Made by a program: the position numbers and the translations under genes | Shown: in pieces, positions 19,600-29,422 of the stretch | Position numbering within the stretch: position 1 is the stretch's first letter | Layout of the letters: every line of letters starts with the position of its first letter | The notes under the pieces: generated by a model | What the model saw: the letters and a program-made list of their open reading frames with translations, nothing else | Databases searched by the model: none | What the model was told of the DNA's origin: nothing | Assembly (NCBI GenBank): GCA_049516875.1 | Contig: JBEKSS010000002.1 | Coordinates: 199,336-263,335, forward strand | Source: Candidatus Bathyarchaeia archaeon | Lineage (GTDB): Archaea; Thermoproteota; Bathyarchaeia; Bathyarchaeales; Bathycorpusculaceae | DNA: 64,000 nucleotides | Direction of reading: 5' to 3'

Positions 19600-20202
19600 T
19601 TATCTTGCAAAGCGGTCGTTCTTCCAGACGTCTGCAGTGTCGTTGTAGCCTCTTTTTTCCCAGAAGCCCGCTTCTTTTGTTGCAGTGAATCTTATCCGTG
19701 TCACCCATAAAGCGCTCTTGTACCCGTATTTGCTGGGAACAACAAGTCGCAACGGGAACCCATAGCCTTCTTCCAGCGGTTTTCCGTCAAGTCTGTAAGC
19801 CAAGAGTGCGCCATCGCCTGAAAGCTCTGACAATGAGAGTGAAGTCGCGTAACCATCTGCGCACTCAAATGTGACAAACCTGGCCGTTTCCTTAGGCCTG
19901 ACCAGCTTGACTATCTCTCCGAAACGAATGCCTTCCCACCTGCAATTAAGAACGCTCCACCCTTCAACACAGTGAAAATCACTCACAGACTGGACTTTCG
20001 GGAGTTTTAAAATTTCGTTCCAACCAAATTTCAACGGTTTTTCAACTTCACCCTCTATTATCAGGATGTAGGTTTTCAAGTCGATTTTGGGGTTAGATCG
20101 TGTGATGCCAGGGTGATCTATTCCCCATCTTAGAAGTCTTTTGATAGGGGTTTGGCCCGGCGGCAACCTGTCACGTTGCTTTTCTTGATTGTCTGAAGTC
20201 AT
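19600..20202 (-). CDS. Molybdopterin-binding oxidoreductase (sulfite oxidase/MsrP-like)
   Basis: RLPPGQ, DFHCVEGWS, GFPLRLVVPSKYGYKSALWV, GFWEKRGY. Confidence 0.9.
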   Translation of the reverse strand: MTSDNQEKQRDRLPPGQTPIKRLLRWGIDHPGITRSNPKIDLKTYILIIEGEVEKPLKFGWNEILKLPKVQSVSDFHCVEGWSVLNCRWEGIRFGEIVKLVRPKETARFVTFECADGYATSLSLSELSGDGALLAYRLDGKPLEEGYGFPLRLVVPSKYGYKSALWVTRIRFTATKEAGFWEKRGYNDTADVWKNDRFAR

Positions 20203-20275
20203 GCTTGTTCAAAGGGGAAATGGGCTGGCATTGAAAATAAAGGTTTGCTGGAGTCTCCTTGGTTGAACGGAAGAG

Positions 20276-21385
20276 TCAATCTCTGGTCTTTTCCATGAAG
20301 CTCGTGAGCTGCCTTTGACTCTTTTGTTCTCTAGCAAAGTTTGAGATTTTGACACCTATTCTGCGTGCCTCAGACTCGTTTTGGTCAAGAAACTTCTCTA
20401 GAAGTTCCCTGACGCTTCCTTTCATGGCTTCACGGCTGTTTGTGGGGCTTTCAAGGGTTTTTGATCTCGAGTGAATGCTCATGTCGGTTGTGATTACAAT
20501 TATTCCGACAGTTTTGTATGCTAAACCGTCCTTTGTGATTGTGGCATGGATTTCATTGCACAGTTGATCCGTTTTTTCCAGAATGAAGCTCAGCTCTCGG
20601 GAGTCGTGTTTTAAGGTTGAGATTCTGCTGATTGATGTGGCTTCGCCTTTTTCTTGAACGGGCTCATCGTCTATTCCGAGGGAAGCGTTGTGAAAATAGG
20701 TCGCCAGAGTCTTCCCGAAAACGGCGATTAGTTTTTGCATGTCATAGTCTGATAGGTCAAAGATTGTGTTAATCCCTAGCCTTTGCATTTTCGCTCTGGT
20801 TTTTGTTCCGACGCCGATGAGTCGACTCACGGGTAGCGGTGCAAGAAACGCTGTGACCTGCTCTGGTGTGACGATGGTTAGGCCGTCGGGTTTTTTGGTG
20901 TCAGCTGCGATTTTTGCCACTAGCTTGTTGGGTCCAACGCCGATTGAGCACGTGAGTTTCTGTTGGCGCAGTATTTCATTCTTCACGTTCTCGGCCAGCT
21001 TTCGGACCTCTTCAAAACTTCCGATTGTTCGCTGGGTAACCTCGAGATAGGCTTCATCTATTCCGACCTGTTCAAAACGGTCGGCGAAACCCTTCAGGGT
21101 GTCCATTACTTTCCGGGAGATTTCCTCGTAGAAAAGGTAGTCCACTGGCAAGAACACTGCATTGGTATTCTCCAATTTCTTCTTGGCCAAGAAAATGGGT
21201 ATTCCTGATTTCACGCCATATTCTCTAGCGATATAGTTAGCGGTGCTCACAGCTCCGCTGTCTTCGGTTCGTCCCGAATACACGCAGACTACGACAGGCC
21301 TATCTTTTATGGAGGGAGTCCTCAGCTCCTCGCATTGGGCAAAGAAATAGTCCAAATCCACGAGCATGACTACCCTTAATTGCAA
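20276..21385 (-). CDS. dinB: Y-family DNA polymerase IV
   Basis: VDLDYFFAQCEE, STANYIAREYGVKSG, VGIDEAYL, KLVAKIA, KPDG. Confidence 0.95.
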   Translation of the reverse strand: MQLRVVMLVDLDYFFAQCEELRTPSIKDRPVVVCVYSGRTEDSGAVSTANYIAREYGVKSGIPIFLAKKKLENTNAVFLPVDYLFYEEISRKVMDTLKGFADRFEQVGIDEAYLEVTQRTIGSFEEVRKLAENVKNEILRQQKLTCSIGVGPNKLVAKIAADTKKPDGLTIVTPEQVTAFLAPLPVSRLIGVGTKTRAKMQRLGINTIFDLSDYDMQKLIAVFGKTLATYFHNASLGIDDEPVQEKGEATSISRISTLKHDSRELSFILEKTDQLCNEIHATITKDGLAYKTVGIIVITTDMSIHSRSKTLESPTNSREAMKGSVRELLEKFLDQNESEARRIGVKISNFAREQKSQRQLTSFMEKTRD

Positions 21386-21748
21386 AGGCTGCTGACCCGT
21401 AAATGAGAATTGCCGCTGAACATTTACGTCTTCTGCTGGTCAGAAGGAAACAACCTCATCCCCAGCTCGCGCAACCTATTCACTGCTGGATTAGCCGATT
21501 AAACTTAATGTAAAAGAAATGGAGACTTCTCCCGCAAAACCCTCTTTTTCTGCGTCAGAATCTGGTGCGCCTTGACGTTTGTGAAGAGTGGCTCTGCTCT
21601 CGGGACAAAGCAGACAAGTGACGGGTGAACAAAAAAGGGGTAAGACGGAAAAACATAATTGAGCTTTACGGTTCAGGCAAAGCAAAGTGTGATGCTATAA
21701 GAAAGTTTCATAGTGGTTTTATTCCCAGAGAACCGTACACGGTCATGA

Positions 21749-22219
21749 ATGCTGAAGACCTTTCCGAAGATGATGTTGAACGTGGAGAATGGCTTGACAT
21801 TGAAGTCGAAAGCTAAACCGATTCTAGGATATTCTGACACGTCAACGGTTAAACTTGATTTTGACGGTAAGAAGTATAGAGTAGTGAAGTATTGGGCAAA
21901 AAGAATCTGCATGTTTTTCAAACTTCAAGGATTCCGCATTCTGAAGTCAAGCCCTAATAATTATCATGTTGTTTTCAATCGTTCAGTCTCATGGACTGAA
22001 AACCTGCATATTATGAATTGGGCTGTGCTTATGGTTGAAGGAAAACAACTAAGGCCTTTAACAAGATATGTGGTTATGCAGGCTATCAAAGAATCAAGCT
22101 GTCTGAGAATTGGAAAGAAAAAGGAGAAGCCTGTTCCTAGAACTGTTTTCGAGTTTGGAGAACAGAGTAACGAGATTAAGAACTATTTGATTTTTTGGAG
22201 AATGTGTAGAAAATTTTGA
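21749..22219 (+). CDS. Small AEP (primase-polymerase)-like hypothetical protein; true start may be a TTG near 21794-21800
   Basis: VKLDFD (DxD), KSSPNNYHVVF (S..xH), CLRIG resemble AEP motifs. Confidence 0.55.
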   Translation: MLKTFPKMMLNVENGLTLKSKAKPILGYSDTSTVKLDFDGKKYRVVKYWAKRICMFFKLQGFRILKSSPNNYHVVFNRSVSWTENLHIMNWAVLMVEGKQLRPLTRYVVMQAIKESSCLRIGKKKEKPVPRTVFEFGEQSNEIKNYLIFWRMCRKF

Positions 22220-22336
22220 AGCGCGCGCTTCCTCTGCGTCGCTTCCTTAGGCTTATTGCCACACTGTCAAAGATATGCACAACTTTATATCAGTTCTATG
22301 CATAAACGAAAACTATAAGCATCTGTCAAGACTTAA

Positions 22337-23428
22337 GTGACACAAATGTGGGAAATTGGATTTCTGATTCCAGCAGTTTTGTCCCTACCACTGGTTGCCT
22401 ATCTGATTCGCCCGAAGGCAGTTACTAGGCTAGTGCACAAGCTCACTCCTCATAGTGTTCAATGCTATCTGGAGAACCCAGAACTAGAGACAAAGGACTA
22501 TGGAACTCTTTATGGGTTCGCCGTTTTATTCGTTGGCTTTTTCATCGTAGTTTCATTTGCTACTGTTATAAACGTGGTTTTTGGATATGAGACGCTCTCG
22601 CCTGAGGATGCCAAGAGGCTTGCTGTGTTGATTTCAAGCTTTGCTGTTGCTTTTGTGTACGTTGGCTTGTTTTTCAACCTATACTTCAATGAAAAGGTCT
22701 GGAGGCAATCAAAAAGAGATAGGAACTTGGGGCTAATTGCAGTACAATATCTTGTTGAAACAGGTTTGAGATTAGTGAACATTGGCATACCCCTCTTCGC
22801 GCTTTCTTCTTATTCGCTTATTCTCCTAGCCTTCAACACAAAGATTGCTTTGCCACAAGTGCTCAACACCTTCCTAATTTACACAATGAGTCTAGTATTA
22901 TGTCTTAGCATATGTTGTTTCGTGATAGGCGGAATGCTCAAACTCGACAAATCGAATAAGGATGTAACGATACAACTACTAGAATGGTTCAAGGATTTCG
23001 AACCAGACAAAAAGAAAATGAACGATTCTGTTTTTCTTCCGAGAGTCATTGACTACAGCAAGCAAGAATTGGCAGAAGACTTGCGATTTGTAGACTTAGA
23101 TTTGAAAAAACCTTTTGAGTTGCTATACCTGGCAAGAATATGCGGAAACGATTCCGAAAAGCAAGAGGTCTCTGATACCATTGCCAATCTTATCAAGGCG
23201 TTAAGAACGAAAGAGAGCAGGCGATTTATCGAGATATTACACGATACCAAAGAAGACCATACCTTGAGCAACTTGAATGATATCATATATTCAACAGAAA
23301 TGTCATTTGTCCGAAGCAAGAGGCCACTAAAATTGGCGACTGCCGCAACAGCCGTTCTCTTTATTTTTGACGTTATAGAAACAATCATCATAGTAATGAG
23401 CTTCCTTGGAGTACACCTATTTGGATGA
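22337..23428 (+). CDS. Hypothetical multi-pass membrane protein
   Basis: About five N-terminal TM segments, a soluble domain and a C-terminal TM; AT-rich; TTTATA box upstream near 22284. Confidence 0.75.
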   Translation: MTQMWEIGFLIPAVLSLPLVAYLIRPKAVTRLVHKLTPHSVQCYLENPELETKDYGTLYGFAVLFVGFFIVVSFATVINVVFGYETLSPEDAKRLAVLISSFAVAFVYVGLFFNLYFNEKVWRQSKRDRNLGLIAVQYLVETGLRLVNIGIPLFALSSYSLILLAFNTKIALPQVLNTFLIYTMSLVLCLSICCFVIGGMLKLDKSNKDVTIQLLEWFKDFEPDKKKMNDSVFLPRVIDYSKQELAEDLRFVDLDLKKPFELLYLARICGNDSEKQEVSDTIANLIKALRTKESRRFIEILHDTKEDHTLSNLNDIIYSTEMSFVRSKRPLKLATAATAVLFIFDVIETIIIVMSFLGVHLFG

Positions 23429-23496
23429 CGAGAAAAGCCGATTACATCATTCAGAAGATTTCTTTTCAGCCCTTCAGATAGCCTCCTTAGCGCGCG

Positions 23497-23700
23497 CTAA
23501 GAGCTTGCTATTTTTTCCCTCAGCTTAGTAATCGACGTAACATGGTTCTCCTCAAGGACTGCTCCAACTGTTTTATCGTAGTGATAGCCAAAATGCTTTT
23601 GTATGTCTGGTGCAACTTCTCCTATCTGAGCATCGCTACGAAATTGTCTAAACGGTCCAGTTTCCTTTCTACCTCTTTCGAAGACTTTTTTGTACGGCAT
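23497..23700 (-). CDS. Small basic hypothetical protein
   Basis: GGAGGT SD just upstream of ATG; FRQFRSDAQIG motif. Confidence 0.65.
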   Translation of the reverse strand: MPYKKVFERGRKETGPFRQFRSDAQIGEVAPDIQKHFGYHYDKTVGAVLEENHVTSITKLREKIASS

Positions 23701-23786
23701 GCTTGAAACCTCCTCAAAGATACTATTATGAAAACTGGCAACTAAATATAATTCTTTCTATGTTGTCTTCTAAACCAGTGTACGCG

Positions 23787-23958
23787 GTGTCTGTTTGTTT
23801 CTGTCTGTGTGTCTGTCTTTGTCTGTCTGCTTGTGTGTGTGAGTCAGTCACTCTCTCACAGAGACAGACTCTCTCAGACTCTCTCTCTGTGTGTGTCAGA
23901 GTATGAAGTAAGAGAGAAAGAGATAGAAGAAGAGTAATAGAAAGAAGAAAAAGATAAA
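23787..23958. repeat. Low-complexity tract: (GT/GTCT)-rich, then (CT/CAGA)-rich, then purine-only (GA/GAA)
   Basis: GTGTCTGTTTGTTTCTGTCTGTGTGTCTGTC...CTCTCTCACAGAGACAGACTCTCTC...AGAGAGAAAGAGATAGAAGAAGAG. Confidence 0.85.
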
Positions 23959-24015
23959 ACTTTACCCCAACGTGCGCCTTTTTCGAGGCTATGAAGAGAC
24001 AAGACTTGCTTGGGA

Positions 24016-24408
24016 TTACGGTCTTGTTACATGTAGCAATAGTCTTTCTCCGTTGCGATTGTAGACTCCAACGTTTTTTTCGTTCGTAAATGGGAAGCCC
24101 ACAATCATGAGTACAGGTCCAAAAAAGTGGTTCAGATCAGTGTTGGAGGGCGTTATGTTTCCAGATGGATGAGAATGTGCTGTTCCGACGATGGAGAAGT
24201 CCATCGGCAACATGTGTAGCCTAATGTTGGCAAAGCCTCGTCCATAGTTTGCAAGCGGAGGAACAACGAGTTCGTTGACTGCAATCAGATCCTTCTTCTT
24301 CTCGCCTCTGAGCAGCAGAATGGTTTCCCTAGGATAGACGCTTTTGGCGCCTTCGAAAACTGTTTGCAGTAGTTCCTGACTGATAGAAATGGCAGCGTAT
24401 TTTGGCAC
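24016..24408 (-). CDS. JAMM/MPN+ (Mov34/JAB) metalloprotease
   Basis: YPRE and HSHPSGNITPSNTD JAMM motif. Confidence 0.9.
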   Translation of the reverse strand: MPKYAAISISQELLQTVFEGAKSVYPRETILLLRGEKKKDLIAVNELVVPPLANYGRGFANIRLHMLPMDFSIVGTAHSHPSGNITPSNTDLNHFFGPVLMIVGFPFTNEKNVGVYNRNGERLLLHVTRP

Positions 24409-24612
24409 AGACCCTTTGAAGTTCTCCCACGCTTAAGTGCTTTTCGAAGCGCGCACAAGATGAAAGACACGGTTTTTTCCCATCATTTTGTAACAATTTA
24501 CCGTAACAATCTTGGAATTCCTTTTTTTTCCAAAAGAAAAGCGCAGGCTGGAAAAATCTTTTATTGATGGAACGGCATAGTGCAGTGTTCTCAATATTGG
24601 GGCTGGATTGCT

Positions 24613-25698
24613 TTGGAGAACGAAATAAAGGGTCTTTTGAAACGTCTGACTGAAGCGCCTGGTGTCTCTGGATACGAGATGGATGTTGGAAAGATAATTT
24701 ATCATGAGCTTGAAGGACATGTCGATTCGATTGAAACAGATAATTTCGGCAACGTGATATCGCTGAAAAAGGCCAGTGTGAAGGACGGCCCAAAGATCAT
24801 GCTTGCAGGGCACATGGATGAGATTGGGCTTCTCGTTAAACACATTGATGAAAAGGGCTTTCTACACTTCGAAAGAATTGGCGGAGTCTTTCCACTGTCC
24901 TTATTTTCTCAGCCTGTGACCATCCATTGTAAGAAAGGTCCTGTGAGTGGCTTAACATACTGCAAGCCTCCTGAAACACCCGAAGAAGCCAACAAGATGC
25001 CTGAGGTAAGGACGTTTTTCATTGACATAGGGGTCAAGAGCAGGGCCGAGGCTGAGAAGCTAGGTGTCCGAATAGGAGATTCAGTCACTTTTGAACGCCC
25101 ATTCAAAGTTCTCGGAGGGAGAAACATTCTTGCCAGTAAGGCATTTGACGATCGTGTTGGCGTCTGCGTGATAGTACAGACTATGAAAAACATTGCAAAA
25201 GAGAAACTTGAAGCGAACGTGTACGGTGTGGCGGATGTCCAAGAGGAAGTTGGCTGCCGTGGAGCGCAAGTTGCAGCCTTCAAGATCGCTCCCAACATGG
25301 CCATAGCCGTCGACATAACACCTGCATTAGACATTCCAGGCATCGCCGAGAAAGATCAAATCACAAGGCTTGGCGGAGGTCCGGCAATCAAAGTTATGGA
25401 TGTCGCTGGGGGCGCTTTGGGTTTAATCTCTCATCTAAAGGTGAGAGAGCTTCTGGTTTCAACCGCGGAGGAGGAGAAAATTCCGTATCAAATGGAAGTC
25501 CTGCCACGGGGTTCTACTGACGCCGCCACGATTCATTTGACCAGGGAGGGTGTTCCCAGTGGTGTGATATCCATTCCAACGAGATATGCCCACTCATACG
25601 AAGTCTTGGATGTCAATGATGTCGTCAACGCCATCAGGCTCTTGACAGCCAGCGTCAGAAAAGTTCGGAAAGGCTTCAGTTTCAAGTACCCGCGCTGA
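24613..25698 (+). CDS. M42 family (TET-like) aminopeptidase
   Basis: APGVSGYE, LAGHMDEIG, KAFDDRVG, QEEVGCRGA, GSTDA, IPTRYAHS; start at TTG 24613 inferred. Confidence 0.93.
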   Translation: MENEIKGLLKRLTEAPGVSGYEMDVGKIIYHELEGHVDSIETDNFGNVISLKKASVKDGPKIMLAGHMDEIGLLVKHIDEKGFLHFERIGGVFPLSLFSQPVTIHCKKGPVSGLTYCKPPETPEEANKMPEVRTFFIDIGVKSRAEAEKLGVRIGDSVTFERPFKVLGGRNILASKAFDDRVGVCVIVQTMKNIAKEKLEANVYGVADVQEEVGCRGAQVAAFKIAPNMAIAVDITPALDIPGIAEKDQITRLGGGPAIKVMDVAGGALGLISHLKVRELLVSTAEEEKIPYQMEVLPRGSTDAATIHLTREGVPSGVISIPTRYAHSYEVLDVNDVVNAIRLLTASVRKVRKGFSFKYPR

Positions 25699-25787
25699 AA
25701 TTCATCGATCGTAGCATTTCGACTTGCACGCTAATAATACTCTCATATAATCTTGTGTTTTTCGTGTTTTGCCCTGTGTTTCAGCTC

Positions 25788-26054
25788 TTAAAAGATTGCC
25801 CCAAAAATTGAGTCGGGGGCGGGGTTGTATTCTTGCTTTTCTGGCATTGCAAGACGGTTCCTGCGGTCGAACGGCTCAGCCTCCACCCGTTCGCAGTATT
25901 CTCTAAGTTCATCGTCAAATTGAGTTAGCTTTCTTTGCAAAGTCATTTTTCTTGGCCTTCTTTGTGTATTAGGGCCTTCTCCTTTCCTCAATTTCTTCGA
26001 CTCATGCGCGTCCACAGGGCACCCAGTATTATGGTCATAGCTAGCATGAACCAA
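25788..26054 (-). CDS. Small hypothetical protein (start likely MTLQRK)
   Basis: C-terminal half has protein-like composition; no family recognised. Confidence 0.35.
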   Translation of the reverse strand: MVHASYDHNTGCPVDAHESKKLRKGEGPNTQRRPRKMTLQRKLTQFDDELREYCERVEAEPFDRRNRLAMPEKQEYNPAPDSIFGAIF

Positions 26055-26474
26055 AAAAGCAAGATCATTGTGCGCGTAGAGTCTTGGAACAGCTCTTCAA
26101 ACATTGCAGATCAAGTAAAACATTCTCCTCAGAGTTTAAAAGCCAGATTTCGATGTTTAGAATGATGACAGCGAGGCTATATGTCCAGGAGCGGAATACT
26201 TCCTATTCACGGTCGCGGCTGTAGGTCCATACACTTTCACGCATAATCTTTTGTCCTGGCAACCCTTTGAAGCGAAAAACTTGGGACTGTGTCTTGCTTG
26301 CAAGAAGAGAAGCTTGGTCCGCGCCTTTTTTGACGGAAGCTTCTTTCCCTTGATCACTCGCAAGATCACGCTCATTCTGTTTCAATTAAGTACTTATGTG
26401 GCTCAGCGCGCGCTCGCTGTTTAATGATGATGCATCAATGCGGCATCAGTGCGCGAGGTGAGGTTGCGTTTGCG

Positions 26475-27014
26475 TCAGGGTTGCATTGTACGGCGAGGCG
26501 ACATGAATTGTTGTTGCCTTGTCTCTTCTTGGAACCTGGAGAAGTGCTCGTGAACCACTTTCCATCCTGAATCTTGCTTCGTCAGGACAGATGTAACACG
26601 TGAAGTTACGTCAAATGGCCTGTTTCTGATTACTCCCTGATAATGTGTAGTAAAAGTGGCAACGGCTGTGTCTCCAAGAACGTTTGCTGCAAAATCCTTC
26701 AACTCGTAGCTATAGTTGGAGAGAACCTTGAATGCCCCGAACTCATTTTCCAAAGCTTGCGAAGCCTCCTGTCTCGCAAAAGGAGGCCAGTCGTCAAATT
26801 TGTTATAACGTTCATCAATTAGTGCTCTAACTGCACCTTCATCTCTGTTCTTTATCCCGTCAAGTCTCTTGACTACGACGTTCTTGACTTCATCCTCCAT
26901 GGACGACCCAGCCCCAGTCTGGTTTTCAGGCAATCCGATTAGCTTCGTTCCGCAGTGTTTGCAGAAGCTGTCTCCCTCTCCGATTTCTCCTCCACACTTT
27001 GGACATTTCGACAA
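26475..27014 (-). CDS. Zinc ribbon + SnoaL/NTF2-like domain protein
   Basis: CPKCG...FCKHCG; RVTSVLTKQDSGWKVVHEHFS. Confidence 0.85.
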   Translation of the reverse strand: MSKCPKCGGEIGEGDSFCKHCGTKLIGLPENQTGAGSSMEDEVKNVVVKRLDGIKNRDEGAVRALIDERYNKFDDWPPFARQEASQALENEFGAFKVLSNYSYELKDFAANVLGDTAVATFTTHYQGVIRNRPFDVTSRVTSVLTKQDSGWKVVHEHFSRFQEETRQQQFMSPRRTMQP

Positions 27015-27277
27015 TTAACATCCCCACTCAAAGTACCTTCTTCTTGTCTATTAGGTTTTTCAAAACGCTATTTCAGGTGAAAAATGTCGCAATCATTGAA
27101 CGAGTGCTACATTCTTTTGGCCTATTGGATAATCATAACGATACCTTGACCCCCATAATGTTTCAATCCAATTAGTCGTCCAGTTCCCCTGACGACGACT
27201 GCTAAAATAATACGCAATATGGCGTGCAATCGTTTTTCTGTGCTATTCTTTCCTGTTAATGGCTCGGGCGCGTCAAA

Positions 27278-28132
27278 GTGTGTTGGGATCAAAACCCAAT
27301 TAAGTGTAATCTGTTTTTTTCTCTCTGGACAGTTTTCGCATTGGATGATTGGCGGTTGTTAAAACTCGAAACATACGACGCGTTCATGAACATGGCTATC
27401 GATGAGGCCATTCTGAACGCCAGAATTGAAGGTCTCATCACGGATACTTTGAGGTTCTACCGTTGGAAACCCTCCGCTGTTTCCATAGGAAAATTCCAGA
27501 GGGTCGAGGAGGAAGTGCAGCTGGAAAACTGCACGGAGCGAGGCATCGACGTCGTAAGGCGGATTACGGGAGGAGGCACGGTGTACCACGACGCTGAAGA
27601 CGAGATCACCTACAGCGTGGTAGCAAGCAAAGAGAGCTTGAAAGCGAACGACATAGCCGAGGTTTATGCAAGAATCTACTCTGGCCTAACTGAAGCGCTG
27701 GGTGTTCTGGGTGTAGCTGCAGACTTCAATGAAGGCAGCGCGAAGGCATGCCCGAACCTGACGGTTAATGGCAGGAAAATTTCTGGAAGCGCTCAGTGCC
27801 ACAAGCGCGGGGTCGTCCTCCAGCATGGAACAATTCTTGCCGACGTCAACTTGGAAAAAATGTTCGCATGCCTCCGCGTTCCTTGGGCCAAAAACTGCGT
27901 GCAGGTCGTAGCCGTCGCAAGACAAAAAATCACTTCGCTGCGTAATGAACTCGGGAAAAACGTTTCAGCAGAAGAGATGAATCAAGCCTTGATCGAAGGT
28001 TTTCAGAAGGCTTTGGGCATAAAACTAGTTAGCGGGGAACTGACATCCCATGAACGTGAGCTTGCAGAAGCACTTTGCAGACAAAAATACGTTACTGATG
28101 ATTGGAATCTTCGGGGTAGAAGCAGCGACTAA
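27278..28132 (+). CDS. Lipoate-protein ligase A family (start probably TTG ~27341)
   Basis: NMAIDEAI, LRFYRW, VVRRITGGGTVYHD, GRKISGSAQ, LQHGT. Confidence 0.92.
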   Translation: MCWDQNPIKCNLFFSLWTVFALDDWRLLKLETYDAFMNMAIDEAILNARIEGLITDTLRFYRWKPSAVSIGKFQRVEEEVQLENCTERGIDVVRRITGGGTVYHDAEDEITYSVVASKESLKANDIAEVYARIYSGLTEALGVLGVAADFNEGSAKACPNLTVNGRKISGSAQCHKRGVVLQHGTILADVNLEKMFACLRVPWAKNCVQVVAVARQKITSLRNELGKNVSAEEMNQALIEGFQKALGIKLVSGELTSHERELAEALCRQKYVTDDWNLRGRSSD

Positions 28133-28279
28133 GCGTACCATTGATGCTGTCCATGTGACGAAATGATAGCCTCTTGTTCCGCGATTGTTACGGTTGCGCC
28201 CTATATGCAAAGGCTTGTTTGAAGTCTAAGAAGGCTTATTAGACTTTGCAACATACCGAGGTACGGTGAGGGTGCAGGA

Positions 28280-28597
28280 ATGGGCCAAGCTTCAGAATAT
28301 GAGCACAGGAAAAAGCTGAATAGAATAAGGGAGGACACGAACAAAAGGGTGAATGATGTAAGAGATCATTTTGTGAAGATCGAGAAGGTCAAAACAGAAG
28401 CATTAAAGAAGACTGAAGAAATAAGGCGTTCAGCCGAAAAAGACATGACAAAGTTGGAAGAAGAAATCGCAAAATCAGACTTAACAGCAGAAGTGAAGAA
28501 AACACTCACCTCTGACATCGCCCTACTGAGGAAAGAAATCGAAGACAAGGCTACTGAATTAAGAACTCGACTCACGGCGATTGCGATACCACCCTAG
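28280..28597 (+). CDS. Hypothetical coiled-coil protein
   Basis: GGTGAGG SD; charged heptad-rich sequence. Confidence 0.7.
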   Translation: MGQASEYEHRKKLNRIREDTNKRVNDVRDHFVKIEKVKTEALKKTEEIRRSAEKDMTKLEEEIAKSDLTAEVKKTLTSDIALLRKEIEDKATELRTRLTAIAIPP

Positions 28598-28831
28598 CAG
28601 TTGAGTCACTTCAAAATTCGCCTTGACTCAAGCTCTCTGTCCAGTCTCTTGTGTCTCCTTAGTGTTCAAGACGTACATACACGCGCCTGACACTTCTGAT
28701 TTTTTCCAGGCATGCATCAACGCATCAAAAAATGATCGCAATCCAACATCAGCGGCACTCGTTCGTGCCCTTCACTAGTGTCCCCAAAACAAGAGAGACA
28801 GTGCAGACATGATCGAGTTGTCCGGGGAGGT

Positions 28832-29371
28832 TTATTCTCCACACTTGACACCTAGAGTCTTTGCCAGCCGTCTTAAGTCACTGTCGCTCATCCACTCAGT
28901 CTTGAGATATAGGCATATCCTCTCATCTTTCAACCCCAATCTTCTTGCTTCTTCAACCGCATTGCGGTAGGCTTCAACTTCGGTGGGTCTTTCCGTGTAC
29001 GCATAACGGCTGTCGAACAGCTCCTTTCCTTCCATGCACTGCTTCACGTGAACAAGCTCGTGAATCACGTCGAGATACACGTCGACTGCATTACCATTGT
29101 TTAAGTAGTTGGAATTAACCATAATATGTCCGTTTGACGGGTTGACCCCCATGTAGCCTGCCCAGGTGAACTCTACCTTCAGGTTGCGAAGCACTTCTCC
29201 AGTTTCCTCGCCGAATATTCTCTTGACTGCCTCGACCTTCTCGAAGCCCCTGAAGTATTCCGCGAACGAGTGCGGCGATCCACTGACGAGAATGATTCTG
29301 TTGATGTGCAATCTTCGAGCCAGTCGCAGTATTCTAAACATCAAGAGTTCACGCCAATCCAACGTTGCCAA
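28832..29371 (-). CDS. Hypothetical zincin-like (HExxH) protein
   Basis: LDVIHELVHVKQ and downstream PTEVEAY glutamate. Confidence 0.7.
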   Translation of the reverse strand: MATLDWRELLMFRILRLARRLHINRIILVSGSPHSFAEYFRGFEKVEAVKRIFGEETGEVLRNLKVEFTWAGYMGVNPSNGHIMVNSNYLNNGNAVDVYLDVIHELVHVKQCMEGKELFDSRYAYTERPTEVEAYRNAVEEARRLGLKDERICLYLKTEWMSDSDLRRLAKTLGVKCGE

Positions 29372-29422
29372 CCCCGCGTTTCTTCAGCTGGTCCAAGTTT
29401 CTTCGTTACACCAAGTTTCAAT

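Noticed and set aside
23703-23906. 67-aa Cys/Val/Ser-rich ORF
   Set aside because: It is the translation of the dinucleotide-repeat tract.
21565-23998. GTGCGCCTT...TGAAGAG near both ends of the AT-rich island as att sites
   Set aside because: Only a 9-bp exact match, with no integrase or tRNA target; could be chance.
26400-26470. ATGATGA as the C box of a C/D sRNA
   Set aside because: No CTGA D box at a suitable distance.
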